NCBI GenBank assembly: GCA_043228905.1 | Contig: JBHGNT010000006.1 | Span: 13,516,001-13,580,000, forward strand | DNA: 64,000 nucleotides | Reading direction: 5' to 3' | DNA from: Azolla caroliniana | Taxonomy: Eukaryota > Plantae > Polypodiophyta | In this document: piece by piece, positions 52,601 through 64,000 of the stretch | How positions within the stretch are numbered: position 1 is the stretch's first letter | How the letters are laid out: every line of letters starts with the position of its first letter | Program-made: the position numbers and the translations under genes | Notes under the pieces: generated by a model | Database searches by the model: none | What the model saw: only the letters and a program-made list of their open reading frames with translations | Told to the model about the DNA's origin: nothing

Positions 52601-54052
52601 ACGCAACCCGACTTCAACTATCCTGTCAGCCTCCTTAGCCAATTCATGCAAACTCCGCAAGATATACATTCGATTGCGCTAAGCGAGTATTACGATACGT
52701 GAGTGGCACAATGGATTACGACATCCTTTACGCATCAACCACACCTATTCGACTCAAAGAGTACACGGATGCAGACTAGGCCAGCTACAAAGCCGATCGA
52801 CGATCAACCTCTGGTTTTTTCTTCTCCCTTGGCAGTGGAGCAATTTCGTGGAGTAGCAAGACGCAACCAACCGTAGCTCTTTCGAGTGCGGAGGCCGAAT
52901 ACAGGGGCGCAACCGTAGTTGCATGTGAAGTTGTATGGCTCAAGAGGATTTTGAAGGATCTGGGCGTCCCCATCAAGGATCCGACTCCCATTTACTACGA
53001 CAACATGAGCAGTATATATCTGGCTTGGAACCCGGTGTTCCATGCACGCACAAAGCATATCGAAGTGCACTATCACTTCATTCGAGAGCGCGTACAGGCC
53101 GGAGATGTCAACCTTTAACACATCAACACGAATCTTCAGACGGCCGACATCTTCACCAAAGCCTTAGGAGCTAACAAGCTTCGGTAATTCATGTCAGACC
53201 TTGGATTGACGATCCTTGACTTGCCAAGCTTGAGGGGGAGTACAAGCGAAAACCGGATACCATCCGAACCGGGTACGAGCCGAAGCAGACACCAAAGATC
53301 GTCCGAACCGGATACTGGCCGAAGCGGACATCAATCGAAAGGAACCGACTCGAGTTGAGCTTGAGGGGGCGTGTTGAGAATTAAGCTCAACATAGTGCAA
53401 TGTGTGAACACACCTCTTGAGAATCTATGATTACTCAAAGGTTAAGAGTCACACCACTACTCTCTACACATTAATTATGTGTCATAGAATCATATTCTAT
53501 GACACATAACTAATGAGTTACATATTCCCCATGACTATGAGTCTTCACATTCCCCAAGAGAGAGAGAGTGGTTGTTGTAGTTAGTTAATGAAGAGGGGGG
53601 GTGACTCTATATAAAGCACCCTCCTCATACTTCATATTAAGTTGGTTGTGACTCCTTGTAATGCTACATTTTTGTATCCTTTACTTGTGAATATACACCT
53701 TCTTCTTGAGTATTCCTTTTTCTATCGATCTTGTGTTCTCTCTTCTCTCCTCTAATTCCTCTCACACATACACATAACACACATCTCTTCTGCTACACAA
53801 GAATCATACCCGATTCTTTACATTTACATTATTTACATCTCCACCTTTATGTAAAGGTTTGATCCAATTTGTAGTCCAATCATAGAACATACCATGTTGC
53901 AATGCAGTATTAAACATATCGCTTATCCATACATGTGCTTCCTTTCCCATTCATTTGAGCATTTCAGCCTTTTTATATTGAAGATCACTTGCCTTTCGAG
54001 ATGCCAATTTCTTAAGTCCTATGCATATATCTTCAATTGTAAAGAAGGGAGA
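46570..54052 (-). mobile_element. RTE-clade LINE fragment (46570..48399 plus 53823..54052), interrupted by a copia
   Basis: KPLHKGGD-VNN|NDRTI, QAGFR, FVDFTKAFD, GVKQ-PLSP, LYVDD, FKYLG, YGVEVWG. The 3' end runs into TAA repeats and (TC)n. Confidence 0.85.
48400..53822 (+). mobile_element. Full-length but decayed Ty1/copia LTR retrotransposon
   Basis: LTRs 48400..48849 and 53372..53822 (about a dozen substitutions plus indels). TSD TTTAC at 48395..48399 and 53823..53827. iMet PBS 48850..48861. PPT 53361..53371. gag-PR-INT-RT-RH carry stops and frameshifts. Confidence 0.95.
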
Positions 54053-56483
54053 TGTTGAGCGGGCAAACTCAACCGAATCTGGATCGGCTGGATAAACCAG
54101 AGCTAGATTGGTATCCGGAACGGAGAACTGGATAGGTGTTCGGATATATCGGTATTTGGAACCTAAAGCCGGACCGGAGAACCGGATCATACTCTGGAAT
54201 AGTGAGAACCGGTATGCCGTTGGAGCCTACGGTCCGAGCCTCGTACGCACGGTCCGAGCCTCGTACGTAGGCATATTCCTTGGAGTTAGTGTCAGTCGCT
54301 CATATGAGCATTGAAGTACATGTCAGTACTTATGTCAGTCTTGTTAAGGACTTGTATAAAAAGTGTTCAATAGGACATTTGTATACACAAAGTGTTATTA
54401 TTTTGAATTGAGTTTTTACTGTTCTCTTCTCTCTGTCTCTCCCATGTATTCAAGCTTTCCATTAAAACTCCATTCTATGTTCTGCTGTTATCCGGACTAG
54501 AATTTTGTCTCAACTTCTGCACATTATCTTTTACATGGTATCAGGGTGAGGTTTGAGAATCCTTTGCTGCCGACGAGTGATGCTCGCAGTCAAACCCTAA
54601 CACTTGGTAAAGAACAGGAAGGAGAGAATGGACCGAGGAATGGCTAGCTCACTCCAGACGGAGAAGCTTGACATATCCAACTATGCATCTTGGTTGTACA
54701 AGATGCACCAGTACCTGTTCGGGCATGGCTACTGGAGTTATGTCGATGGAGCTAACGATACGACACCTGATGTGGCACACAGGGACTTCCCGACTTGGGA
54801 ACAAGTGGCAAGTAGGGTAATGTATTGCTTCGCGTCTAGTGTCAGTGATCAACTGCTCAGCCATATCTGGGATGCCAAGACACCAAAGGAAGCTTGGGGA
54901 AACCTGAAGAAGGTCTTTGCCGCAAACACCATGGCCCGGAAGTTGCAACTCCGATAGGCGTTGAGAAATGTCGGCAAAAGGACATGTCGGTGACCGACTA
55001 CATAACCCGGATCAAAGACACCTCCAACTCACTTGCCTCCATTAATGTGTCCATCGAGGAAGATGAGATGGTGCAGGTCAGTCTCGGGGGCTTGGTGTCG
55101 AAGTTCGGAGCATTCCAGACTGCAGTATGTACAAGGGAGAATATGCCCTCGTCGATGCTCTTTGTAGAGGAGAACCACGCCGACGAGCACGCACACTGAC
55201 AACAAGATGTACATGGAGGCAGAGAGGTCCTATGGTCGTGGCAGTCGAGGTGGATTGACGCGCAATGCAGGCGGATGACAAGAGCAAAATCAGAGGCACA
55301 AAGATGGCGCCGACAGCAATTCCGGACTCTCCGGAAACAGAGGGAGTCAAAGCGGCGCCGGAAATCTGCAAGGAAAGGCCGACACGGAATGCTGGTACTG
55401 TGGCCGGAAAGGCCATAGAGAAAGCGAGTGCTGGAAGAAGAGAGATGGTTTGGAGAAATTGGATCGAGCCGGAAAGACGCGGACATGCGTCATCGATCGC
55501 ACTTCGCTGGAGGCTCGGAGAGAGCCGAATCAGGACCGGCTCTCGTAATGAGCATAAGGCCAACCAGATGGGAGTATCTGACTCGAAGTCGGAAGAAGTT
55601 TGGTATGTGGACTTCGGAGCTTCAAACCACATGAAGAACCAAAAAGAGTGGTTCTCTTTTCTCGAGAAGCCAGAAAAGTCGGTGATAGTCGAAACTGGGG
55701 ATGACACCCCAGATCCCATCGTGCACATCGGAGATGTCCCTCTAAGCCATGTCTTTCCAAAGGGAATCATGAGAAACGTCCTGCATGTACCGACAATCAC
55801 CAAGAACTTGGTGTCGGTCGGTTAGATCGTAGATCAAGGTATACAAGTCCGGTTCACTCACCATGGATGCTTCATTGAGGAGGAAGGCCAGATCATCGCG
55901 CAAGGGCGTTGGGATGGAAGAATGTTCACCTTGAAACCAATGATGTAGGCATCGCTATGTTTGCGAAAGTATAGAAGGTCGAGTCAGACATTGACCTCTG
56001 GCATAAGCGGATTGGCCACATCAACTTCCGGAACCTTCAGGAGATGCAGTCGGAACATGTGGTTTCTGGATTGCCGAAGTTCAATGGCCGGAAAGGTCAA
56101 GTATGTGAAGCTTGCTAGCTCAGGAAGCAACATAGGCTTCCATTCCCAAATGAGAAGGATCGGAGCTGGAATCGGCTCGATCTCATCCATTCGGATGTGT
56201 GGGAGCTAACTCAAAATGTGAGCATCGACAGGAGTCGATATTTCGTCTCCTTCATCGACGATTTCAGCCAACACACCTGGATCTACTTAATTGAGAAGAA
56301 GAGCGAAGTCTTCTCGTGCTTCCAAGACTTGAAGAATCATGTGGAACGAGAAACTAGAAGGAAGATCAAGTGTTTGAGATCGGATGGTGGAAAAGAGTAC
56401 TTTTCCGGCCAATTCACGAGTTATCTACAGACGAAGGGAATTCACCGAAACTTATCTTGCAAATACATGCTAGAGCAGAACGG
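54053..56483 (+). mobile_element. Decayed copia, 5' part (same family as 17330..19093)
   Basis: LTR 54053..54535 resembles 17330..17749. PBS TGGTATCAG at 54536. gag, protease WYVDFGAS and integrase up to EQNG, where another LTR begins. Confidence 0.88.
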
Positions 56484-57036
56484 TGTCGTGGAGAAAACCG
56501 TCCCTAGGCGGAATCGGAGAATTTCGGGAGATTCGGCGGTGTGCACCATGTGCACTCACCCTTGTAGAAACGTGTGAATAGTAGGAGCCAAGACGGGACA
56601 GAGAATCCCATGTAAGTCGGGATTTATCCCACATTGTAACGCATCCCTCTCCTTGTTCTATAAAAGGAAGGGATCCCCCTTTGTGAAGGGGTTGCCCATT
56701 TTGAGTCGTAAGGGTATACCGTTTTGTATTTCTAGGGTTAGCTACATTCTTTCCTTTCTTCTTCTTTCCACTGCTTCTTCCTCTTCGTCGTTCTGTGTAT
56801 CGAGCCTTGGCATTTGGTGTTTTTGTTTTCTGCCTCGTCCATTGTGCAAGACCCCGCTCGACGCGACAAGCCCGAGAGCTCCCCGACTAGCGGCTTGGTA
56901 GTAGACGACTGTTGTAACCTGAGCTACTTATGTCGGGCTCGATGCTAGTATTGTATCTTAGTCTTGTAATATATGCGTGGAGGGTTCTGCGTATCGGTGT
57001 CTGTGTGGGTGTTTTGGTGTTCTCTTACCTCCGTTT

Positions 57037-60000
57037 TGACAGGAACTGCACGCTCCCTATACGCAACGCTCGGCCACAACCGAGCTTAGATTCATATGCA
57101 GAAAACGGGAAATAAATGCACGACACGAAGAAGAGAAGAGTACGCAGGATGTTTACGTGGAAAACCCAAACTAAGGGAAAAACCACGGCAGCCCACAGGC
57201 TGCAAACTATCACTATGTTAGAATATACAACAGTGAGTTCACGGAGGCAACGACCTCGTGCTCACGATCCTCGACACAGGCGACGGTTACAACAGAGGCA
57301 ACGACCTCTTTCTCTCTCTCTCTCTCTCTTTGTACACAGTTACGCGCTCTCTCTTTTCTTGCACCAACAAGAAATGACAACACACACTAAAAGTTTGTCC
57401 TAAGTCATATTTATACTAATATGACTTTTCGGCTATTTACAAATATAGCCATGATGGACTCTCAGAAACATATTTACAAATATGTCTCTTCATCCGGTGA
57501 GCACTTCTCACCGGGTCTACACCATCTGGCTCTCCGTAGCCAGGTACTCATCATCCGGTTTCGGCCGAGGCCTATCGGCCTCGGCCGAGTTTGTTCATCG
57601 GCACTGTTCTTCTCCCTTCCTATCCGGAGGGACCTGTCTCCCAACAAACTCCCCCTTCACTCCGGCATGGGGTGTCTTACTAGTCCGATCCTCTTCCGGC
57701 ATGCATCCAGCTTGTCGGGTATCAGCACTTTGGTCAACATATCTGACCCGTTCTCGGCCATGTGGATCTTCGTCAGTGCGAACTCCTGGTCATCTACTCT
57801 TTCCTGGATCCAGTGATATCTTCGCTAGATATGCTTCGTCCGGGAATGGTAGGTCGCATTCATAGCAAGATGGATGGCACTTTGACTGTCGCAATAGAGC
57901 CGGTATTCATCTTGCCGGATACCGAGCTCTCCGATGAAGTCCTTCATCCATAAGATTTCCTTGCCGGCTTCCACAGCTGCCATGTACTCCGCCTCCGTGG
58001 TTGACAATGCAACCGTCTTCTGCAGTCTCGACTGCCACGAAACAGCTCCCCCTGCATATGTCATTACATACCCGGATGTAGACCGGCTGGTATCCACATC
58101 AGCCGACATGTTCGAATCGGTAAAACCGTCGAGTTGAGGTTTTCCGGAGCCGAATCGGAGACACATATTTGAGGTGCCCTTCAAGTACCGGAGTATCCAT
58201 TTGACCGCGCTCCAGTGCTCCTTGCCGGGATTGCTCATAAACCGACTCACCACTCCGATTGTGTATCCTATATCTGGTCGGGTACACACCATTGCGTACA
58301 TCAAGCTCCCGACGGTAGAGGCATATGGAATCTTCATCATATCTGGCTTCTCTGCTTTCGTCTTCGGGCTTTGCTTGCCGGATAACCTGCAGTTTGCCGG
58401 AAGTATTGATCCGACCGGTTTCACATCTAACATATTGAACCGGTGAAGCACTTTTGTCACGTACTTCTCCTGTGACAGCCATAATTGCTTCTTTGACCGG
58501 TCCCGAATGATGTGCATCCCCAACATCTGTCTTGCCGGACCCAAGTCTTTCATTGAGAAGGTCCGGTTGAGAGCCTTCTTCAGCATCCGTATTTTGACTT
58601 GGTCCCGTCCGACGATCAACATGTCATCCACGTACAGAAGGAGTATCAGGAAGTCGTCTCCTTCGAACTTCTTCACAAACACACAGTGATCGGCTTGCGT
58701 CTTGTGGTAACCTTGATCGGTCATGAAGGAATCGAACTTCCGGTACCATTGTCGGGGAGCTTGCTTCAGTTCGTACAGGCTCTTCTTTAGTCGGCATACC
58801 AGGTGCTCCTTCCCTTTCTCCAGAAATCCCTCCGGTTGCTGCATGTAGATCTCCTCTTCGAGGTCACCGTGAAGGAATGCCGTCTTCACGTCTAGCTGCT
58901 CTACCTCGAGGTCCATGCTTGCCGCTATACTCAGCACCGTTCGGATGGAGGTCATCTTTACTACCGGGGCAAATATCTCGTCGAAGTCCACACCCTTCTT
59001 CTATTGGATCCCCTTCACCACGATCCTGGCTTTGTATCTCGAGGGGTTGCTGGCATCTCCCGGTTTCCACTTATACACCCACTTATTTCGGAGTGCCCGC
59101 TTTCCTTTTGGCAACTCCACCAATTCGTACGTATGGTTCTCATGCATGGAATCCATCTCATCCTGCATGGCACTTACCCATTTTCAGCTGTGGGTTTAGG
59201 GTTCCTCGAGTGCTAACCGGTCTCTTGCCGGTTGGGTCTGTTCATCGTAGAGTCGATGCTTACCGGTCGACTCGGAGTTCATTATCTTCTTCTCCAACTC
59301 CCAGTCGGCGAGCGTCTTGTCCTCCATGAAGATAATATCTCGACTCCGGAATACCTTCTCGTCGACCAGGTCCCACACTCGGTAGCCAAACTCATCGTCA
59401 CCGTAACCGAGGAATATGCATGGCCGGGTCTTTGGATCTAACTTTCCTCTCCGGTTCTTAGCTACATGCACGTACGCGAGACACCCGAACACCTTCAGAT
59501 GCCGGTAGGATACTTCCTTACCAGTCCATACTCTCTATGGCGTGTCTCCGTCCAAGGGTACTGAGGGTGATCTATTTATCACATATGTCGCCGTCAACAG
59601 TGCCTCAACCCAAAACTTCTTGGGTAGTTTGCATGCGCTAGCATACTCTGGACCCTCTCCATTATGGTCGGTTCATCCTCTCGGCCAGTCCGTTTAGTTC
59701 CGGCGTCTTCGGCACGGTAAATTCGAGCCGGATTCCCTTCGAGCGGCAGTACTCCTCGAACCGCCCTCGATATTCTCCTCCGTTATCTGCTCGAACCACC
59801 TTCAGCTTTCGGCCGGTTTCTCTTTCCACTCTTGCGTGGAGCTCTTTGAAGACGGATAGCACCTGCTCTTTCGTCTTCAATTGTGTGGCCCACAGCTTCT
59901 GGCTGTGGTCATCTATGAACGTCACGAAGTACTGCGCTCCGGCATGTGACTTCGTGTCTACTTGACACACATCCGTGTGCACCAACGCCAGTGGTGCATT

Positions 60001-61862
60001 ACGTCTCATCGGTGGCCTTGGTCGGAAGGAGGTCCGATTTTGCTTACCGGCCAGACAATCAGTGCACTTCTCCAAGTGCACGTTCTTCACTGGAATGAGG
60101 TTGTCGTCTGCAAGCCTCTTCATCCCCTTCTCGCTCATATGACACAACCTCTTATGCCACAGCTCACCGGTAGTGTCGGATGCCACGTTCACTTCTTCCG
60201 GACATAACCGGCCATTCATCAGGTACAGTGTGTTGACCTTCCGGGCCCGAGCCACAATCAGGCTCCCTTTGCTGAACTTCATGACACCGTTCCGGATGCT
60301 ACCCGTGTAGCCTTCATCATCTAGTCGACCGACTGATATCAGGTTCAGATGAACCTCCGGAACGTGTCGGACATCCTTCAGTAGCAACTTGCATCCGGTT
60401 GGTGTTGTCAGCCACACGTCTCCTATGCCGACAATTCAGCATATACCTTCATTCCCCATCCGGACACAGCCGTGATCACCGGTTGAGTAGAATGAGAAGC
60501 ATTTCCGGTCCGGGGTAAGGTGGAACGACGCTCCGGAGTCTACCACCCAGGTCATCTCGTCGCCGGCAAGGTTTATTTCACTCTCCTTGGTGATGAGCAT
60601 CAACTCTTCTTCACTTGCCGCGATTGCCGTTATTCACTTCCGGTCCGGCCCCCTCCGGTCTTTACCGTTCCGGTTCGGGGTCCGCTTCGAATCGGTACCG
60701 TCGGTTTCCTTGTCCTTTCAAAAATGCCGATAGTTCTTCTGGAAGTGTCCTGGCTTGCCGCAATAGAAGCAAGTAGGTCTCCCCCTTGACTTTGACCGTG
60801 TCCCCGACTTTTCCCGGTTCTGGGGACTACGGTTTCTTTGTCTTCCGCGTTCCGATTCGGTAAGGAGCGCTTTGGAGTTGGAGCTCGTATCTTTATCTTT
60901 CCAACGCGCCTCCTCATCTAGTAAGCTCGACTTTACTCTTGCTAGGGATAACCGTTTCCCTTCCGGCGCAGCGTTGCCCAAAGTGACAACCAACGTCTCC
61001 CAGCTATCCGGGAGGGAACCGAGTAGGAGTAGCGCTAGTACCTCGTCGGCGAGAGGTACTTCCAATGATGTTGCCTGGTGTATTGACGGGAACTGAACGC
61101 TCCTTATGCGCAACGCTCGGCCACAACCGAGCTTAGAATGATACACAGAAAACGGGAAATAAAATACGACAAGAAGAAGAGGAAGATACACAAGAGGTTT
61201 ACGTGGAAAACCCCAAACTAGGGGGAAAAACCACGGTAGCCCACAGGCTGCAAACTGTCACTATGTAAGAATATACAACAGTGAGTTCACTGAGGCACCA
61301 ACCTCGTGCTCACAGATCTTCGCCACAGGCGGCGGTTACAACAGAGGCAACGACCTCTTTCTCTCTCTCTCTCTCTCTCTCTGTCTTTGTACAGTTATGC
61401 ACACTGATCTCGTGCAAAAACCAGAAATGACAACAACACAACAACAAGTTTGCCCTAAGTCATATTTATACTAATATGACTTTTCAGCTATTTACAAATA
61501 TAGCCTCGATGGACTCTCAGAAACATATTTACGAATATGTCTCTTCATCCGGTTCATACCGGGTCTGCACCATCCGGCTCTCCGTAGTCGGGTACTCCTC
61601 ATCCGGTTCATACCGGGTCTGCACCATTCGGCTCTCCGTAGCCGGGTACTCCTTATCTGCACTGTTCTTCTGCATTGTTCTTCTCCCTCCCCATTCGGAG
61701 GGACCTGTCTCCCAACATGTATCAGCCCTTGGAAGGCATTCATGTGCTCCGCCATGCTGGAGCCGTCTTGGTACCGGAGTCTTACTAGCTTCCAAAATAC
61801 CGAAACCTGGTTAACAACATTTTTGTTCTGAAACATAATGCCGATCTTCACCCAGAGCTCCG
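57037..61862 (-). mobile_element. Decayed copia related to the inner copia (3' LTR 57037..57646; 5' end lost)
   Basis: PPT AACTCCCCCTTC at 57647. RT/RH 57825..58991, integrase 59662..60417 and gag are highly similar to 8522..12352. Stops, frameshifts and an internal deletion near 59195. Confidence 0.9.
61084..61717 (-). mobile_element. Solo LTR of the same family, inserted in the gag of 57037..61862
   Basis: TSD TGTAT at 61079..61083 and 61718..61722. The gag reads through on removal (AFQGLIH|QATSLEV). No PBS. Confidence 0.9.
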
Positions 61863-62957
61863 GAACGCGTCTAGAACATTTTTGTTCGATTGCTTTTGGA
61901 ACGCGTCCGGAATCGTCTTCTCGGCTTCCCTTCTTCCCTCGTCCGAGACCCCCGTGGTCCCGCCCTTCTACATGAACGCGCGTAATAACGCGACATATTT
62001 GGTGAACTCGACATGAAGGGCGGCAAGGGAGAATGGAGTTGGAAGAAGACGACTTCGCGCAACTTTTCGTTGAAGCGGTGAGGGAGTTTGGACGAGCGAC
62101 AGCAAGACGAGACTTGGCGCAGCAACCGGTTGAGCGAGTGGTCGAAAGAGTCGGCCGTTTCAACGGGGTCAAAGTCCCATCTTACTTGGAAGCCTACAAC
62201 GCGGAAATGGAGGAGCGAGACGTGGACGAAGCGTTGAGGTTGGAGGTCTTTTGTCGGGCCGTTGTCGTCCGTATGCACGCGGAAGTGAAGGAGCTCCGAG
62301 AGGCTCATAGCTCGTGGGAGGCCTTTGAAGAGGCGCTCCTGCAGGCATATGGAGGATGGTGGAAGAGCCGGGGACGACACGACTTCGACCAGTGGGTAGC
62401 ATCGGCTGTCATGAAGACATACATCTTGGCTTATCATGACATTCATCTTGGCGAACCAGGAATCGAACCCATAACCTCTTGGTTTACATATTGTACTTTA
62501 ACCATTGTAATAACATATGTGAGATGTAATCATAATAATTATATGTTTAGTTATTACGAGATATTTAGAACATTCTAGATTATTCTAGAATGTTCTTGAA
62601 TATTTCATGATTATATTTATTATTATTATTATTCATAAATATCTAAAATATTCTAGAACATTCTAGAATACTCCATAAGGGCCTATAAATAAGAGTCCAT
62701 ACACTCATCACAACTCATTCGGTTCAACACCAGTCTTTAGCCCTTAGCCTACTCCTTGTAATCTTCTTTCTCATAATATAATCGCATTCCCATTTCTTAT
62801 CTCTCACTTATACTTTTCTCTCTCTCGCACTCTCTCCCTCTTTCACTCTCTTTCTATCACTATCGCTATCTCTACCGCTCTCGCCATCTCTATCGTTATC
62901 GTTATCTCTATCGCCATCGCTCTCTCTCTCTGCTTCCTACTCAAGAGTCACGACAGT

Positions 62958-62968
62958 TTGAACCGAAT
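62958..62968 (+). promoter_or_regulatory. Self-priming PBS (complementary to 62717..62727 in the LTR)
   Basis: TTGAACCGAAT is the exact reverse complement of ATTCGGTTCAA, which lies 33 nt downstream of the TATA start. Confidence 0.75.
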
Positions 62969-63040
62969 ATTTCTTTTCCCTTTCTCCAATAACCCTAGCA
63001 AGCTTTCTTCTTTATCCTTCTTTCTTTTTCCCCCGCGGTT

Positions 63041-64000
63041 ATGGAGTCGGTCAGCAAGCAAGAGTATATGCGTGTCCTTTCGGAGCTCGATATGCTCACC
63101 ACTAAGTTTGTGGCATTAGAGCAAGAAAATCAAAGGCTACTCGGGGATCTTCAACAAGTCAGTACTGAGGAAGCTCATCAATATGAGGAGTTATCACAAC
63201 GGGTTCATCAACTTGAGGCTACTATATTAACATTACGAGAACAAGCGGCGGGGGTTCAAAACTCCCCAAGGGAACCAAAGATTAGCCTCCCTGCCAAGTT
63301 TGATGGTACCAGATCTCTCTTTCGAGGTTTCCTGAATCAAGTTCGTTTGGTGATTCAGTTACATCCCAATCGGTATCCAACTGATGCTGCCCGTGTGGGA
63401 TTAATAGGAACCTTGCTAAGCGGTACAACGTTAGCATGGTTTGCACCACTTCTTGAGAAGAAATCACCATTACTGGAGGATTTCGAGGCATTCGTTAAGG
63501 AGTTTCAAGCTAGTTTTGGAGATACGGATAGCACTAGGACTGCAATAAACAAGATTCGAAGACTCCGACAAGGAGATCGTCCCGCTTCAGCTTATGCCGC
63601 AGATTTCCGTCTCTTGGCATGCGACATCCCTTGGGATGAGGCAGCCTTAATGGATCAATTCCGTCAGGGTTTGCGTAACGATGTCAAAGATCTTCTTCTT
63701 ACTTTCCATGAAGATCCAAAGTCTCTTACTGAAGCTATTAGCCGAGCTGTGCGATGTGATAATCGCCTATTTGAGCGACGTTCTGAACGTCAACAAATGT
63801 TACGCCGCCAACCGGAACAGACATACGCTTCTATAGTCGCCACACCGCCACAAGGTTCTAGACCCGTTACGAGGGATGGTCCCACTCCGATGGAAATAGA
63901 GTCGACACAACGTCGAGGGCCCTTATCAGATGTTGAGAAACAACGACGTCGGGCGCATCGCCTATGCCTCTACTGTGGTGGTCCAGGACATATAGCTGTG
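63041..64000 (+). CDS. Sushi/Tcn1-like Gag (3'-partial, open for 320 codons; absent from the ORF track)
   Basis: MESVSK...PKISLPAKFDG...LLSGTTLAWF...LRQG...FRQGL...PTPMEIES...CLYCGGPGH. Confidence 0.85.
   Translation, partial: MESVSKQEYMRVLSELDMLTTKFVALEQENQRLLGDLQQVSTEEAHQYEELSQRVHQLEATILTLREQAAGVQNSPREPKISLPAKFDGTRSLFRGFLNQVRLVIQLHPNRYPTDAARVGLIGTLLSGTTLAWFAPLLEKKSPLLEDFEAFVKEFQASFGDTDSTRTAINKIRRLRQGDRPASAYAADFRLLACDIPWDEAALMDQFRQGLRNDVKDLLLTFHEDPKSLTEAISRAVRCDNRLFERRSERQQMLRRQPEQTYASIVATPPQGSRPVTRDGPTPMEIESTQRRGPLSDVEKQRRRAHRLCLYCGGPGHIAV

Larger units (their letters stand above)
56484..62406 (+). mobile_element. Ty3/gypsy 5' part with split LTR (56484..57036 plus ~61862..61995), tRNA-Trp-like PBS and gag start
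   Basis: TGTCGTG...CGCGACA ends. TGGTGAACTCGACATGAA at 62000..62017. gag ORF from 62033 (RFNGVKVPSYLEAY...WEAFEEALL). Confidence 0.65.
62407..64000 (+). mobile_element. Tcn1/sushi/Tf1-like chromovirus (Ty3/gypsy), 5' LTR 62407..62955 and gag, continuing past the window
   Basis: LTR TGTCATGA...TCACGACA, TATA at 62684, no TGG-type PBS, open gag. Confidence 0.85.

Noticed and set aside
56861-56885. ACGCGACA at 56868 as the LTR end
   Set aside because: No PBS or self-primer follows. The copy at 61995 is followed by a PBS and gag.
59190-59204. GGGTTTAGGGTT telomere-like motif at an internal deletion junction
   Set aside because: Under two units, and mostly explained by the two joined flanks.
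57037-61717. Apparent complete LTR element bounded by 57037..57646 and 61084..61717
   Set aside because: No shared TSD and no PBS. The second LTR has its own TSD and splits gag.
62449-62515. Functional tRNA gene
   Set aside because: No convincing acceptor or anticodon stems by eye; kept only as a tRNA-like promoter cassette.

Overview
Eukaryotic land-plant nuclear DNA, most likely a fern or another seed-free plant (inferred from the style of the PLS-PPR repeats and the Tcn1/sushi-like chromovirus; not certain). A two-gene island on the minus strand sits between two deeply nested transposon piles. The genes are a 10-coding-exon CAB-domain ferrochelatase (FC2 type, ~516 aa, 42273..33356) and a PLS-E class PPR protein (1006 aa, 26031..23011). 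Left pile: an old copia hosts a Ty3/gypsy, which hosts a hAT transposon and a young copia, which in turn hosts a second young copia; LTRs, PBS, PPT and TSDs are readable for the two young copias. Right pile: L1 and RTE LINEs broken by a solo LTR and copias, a tRNA-Trp-primed gypsy with a split LTR, a copia carrying a solo LTR of its own family, and a Tcn1/sushi-like element. Most interesting: (1) that last element has an 11-nt PBS complementary to its own predicted transcript 5' end (Tf1-type self-priming); (2) antisense tRNA-like A/B boxes with identical 32-nt spacing lie in two unrelated-looking LTRs; (3) a chain of spliceable exons may link the FC2 3' end to the PPR gene. All coordinates were read by hand; no database searches were run.
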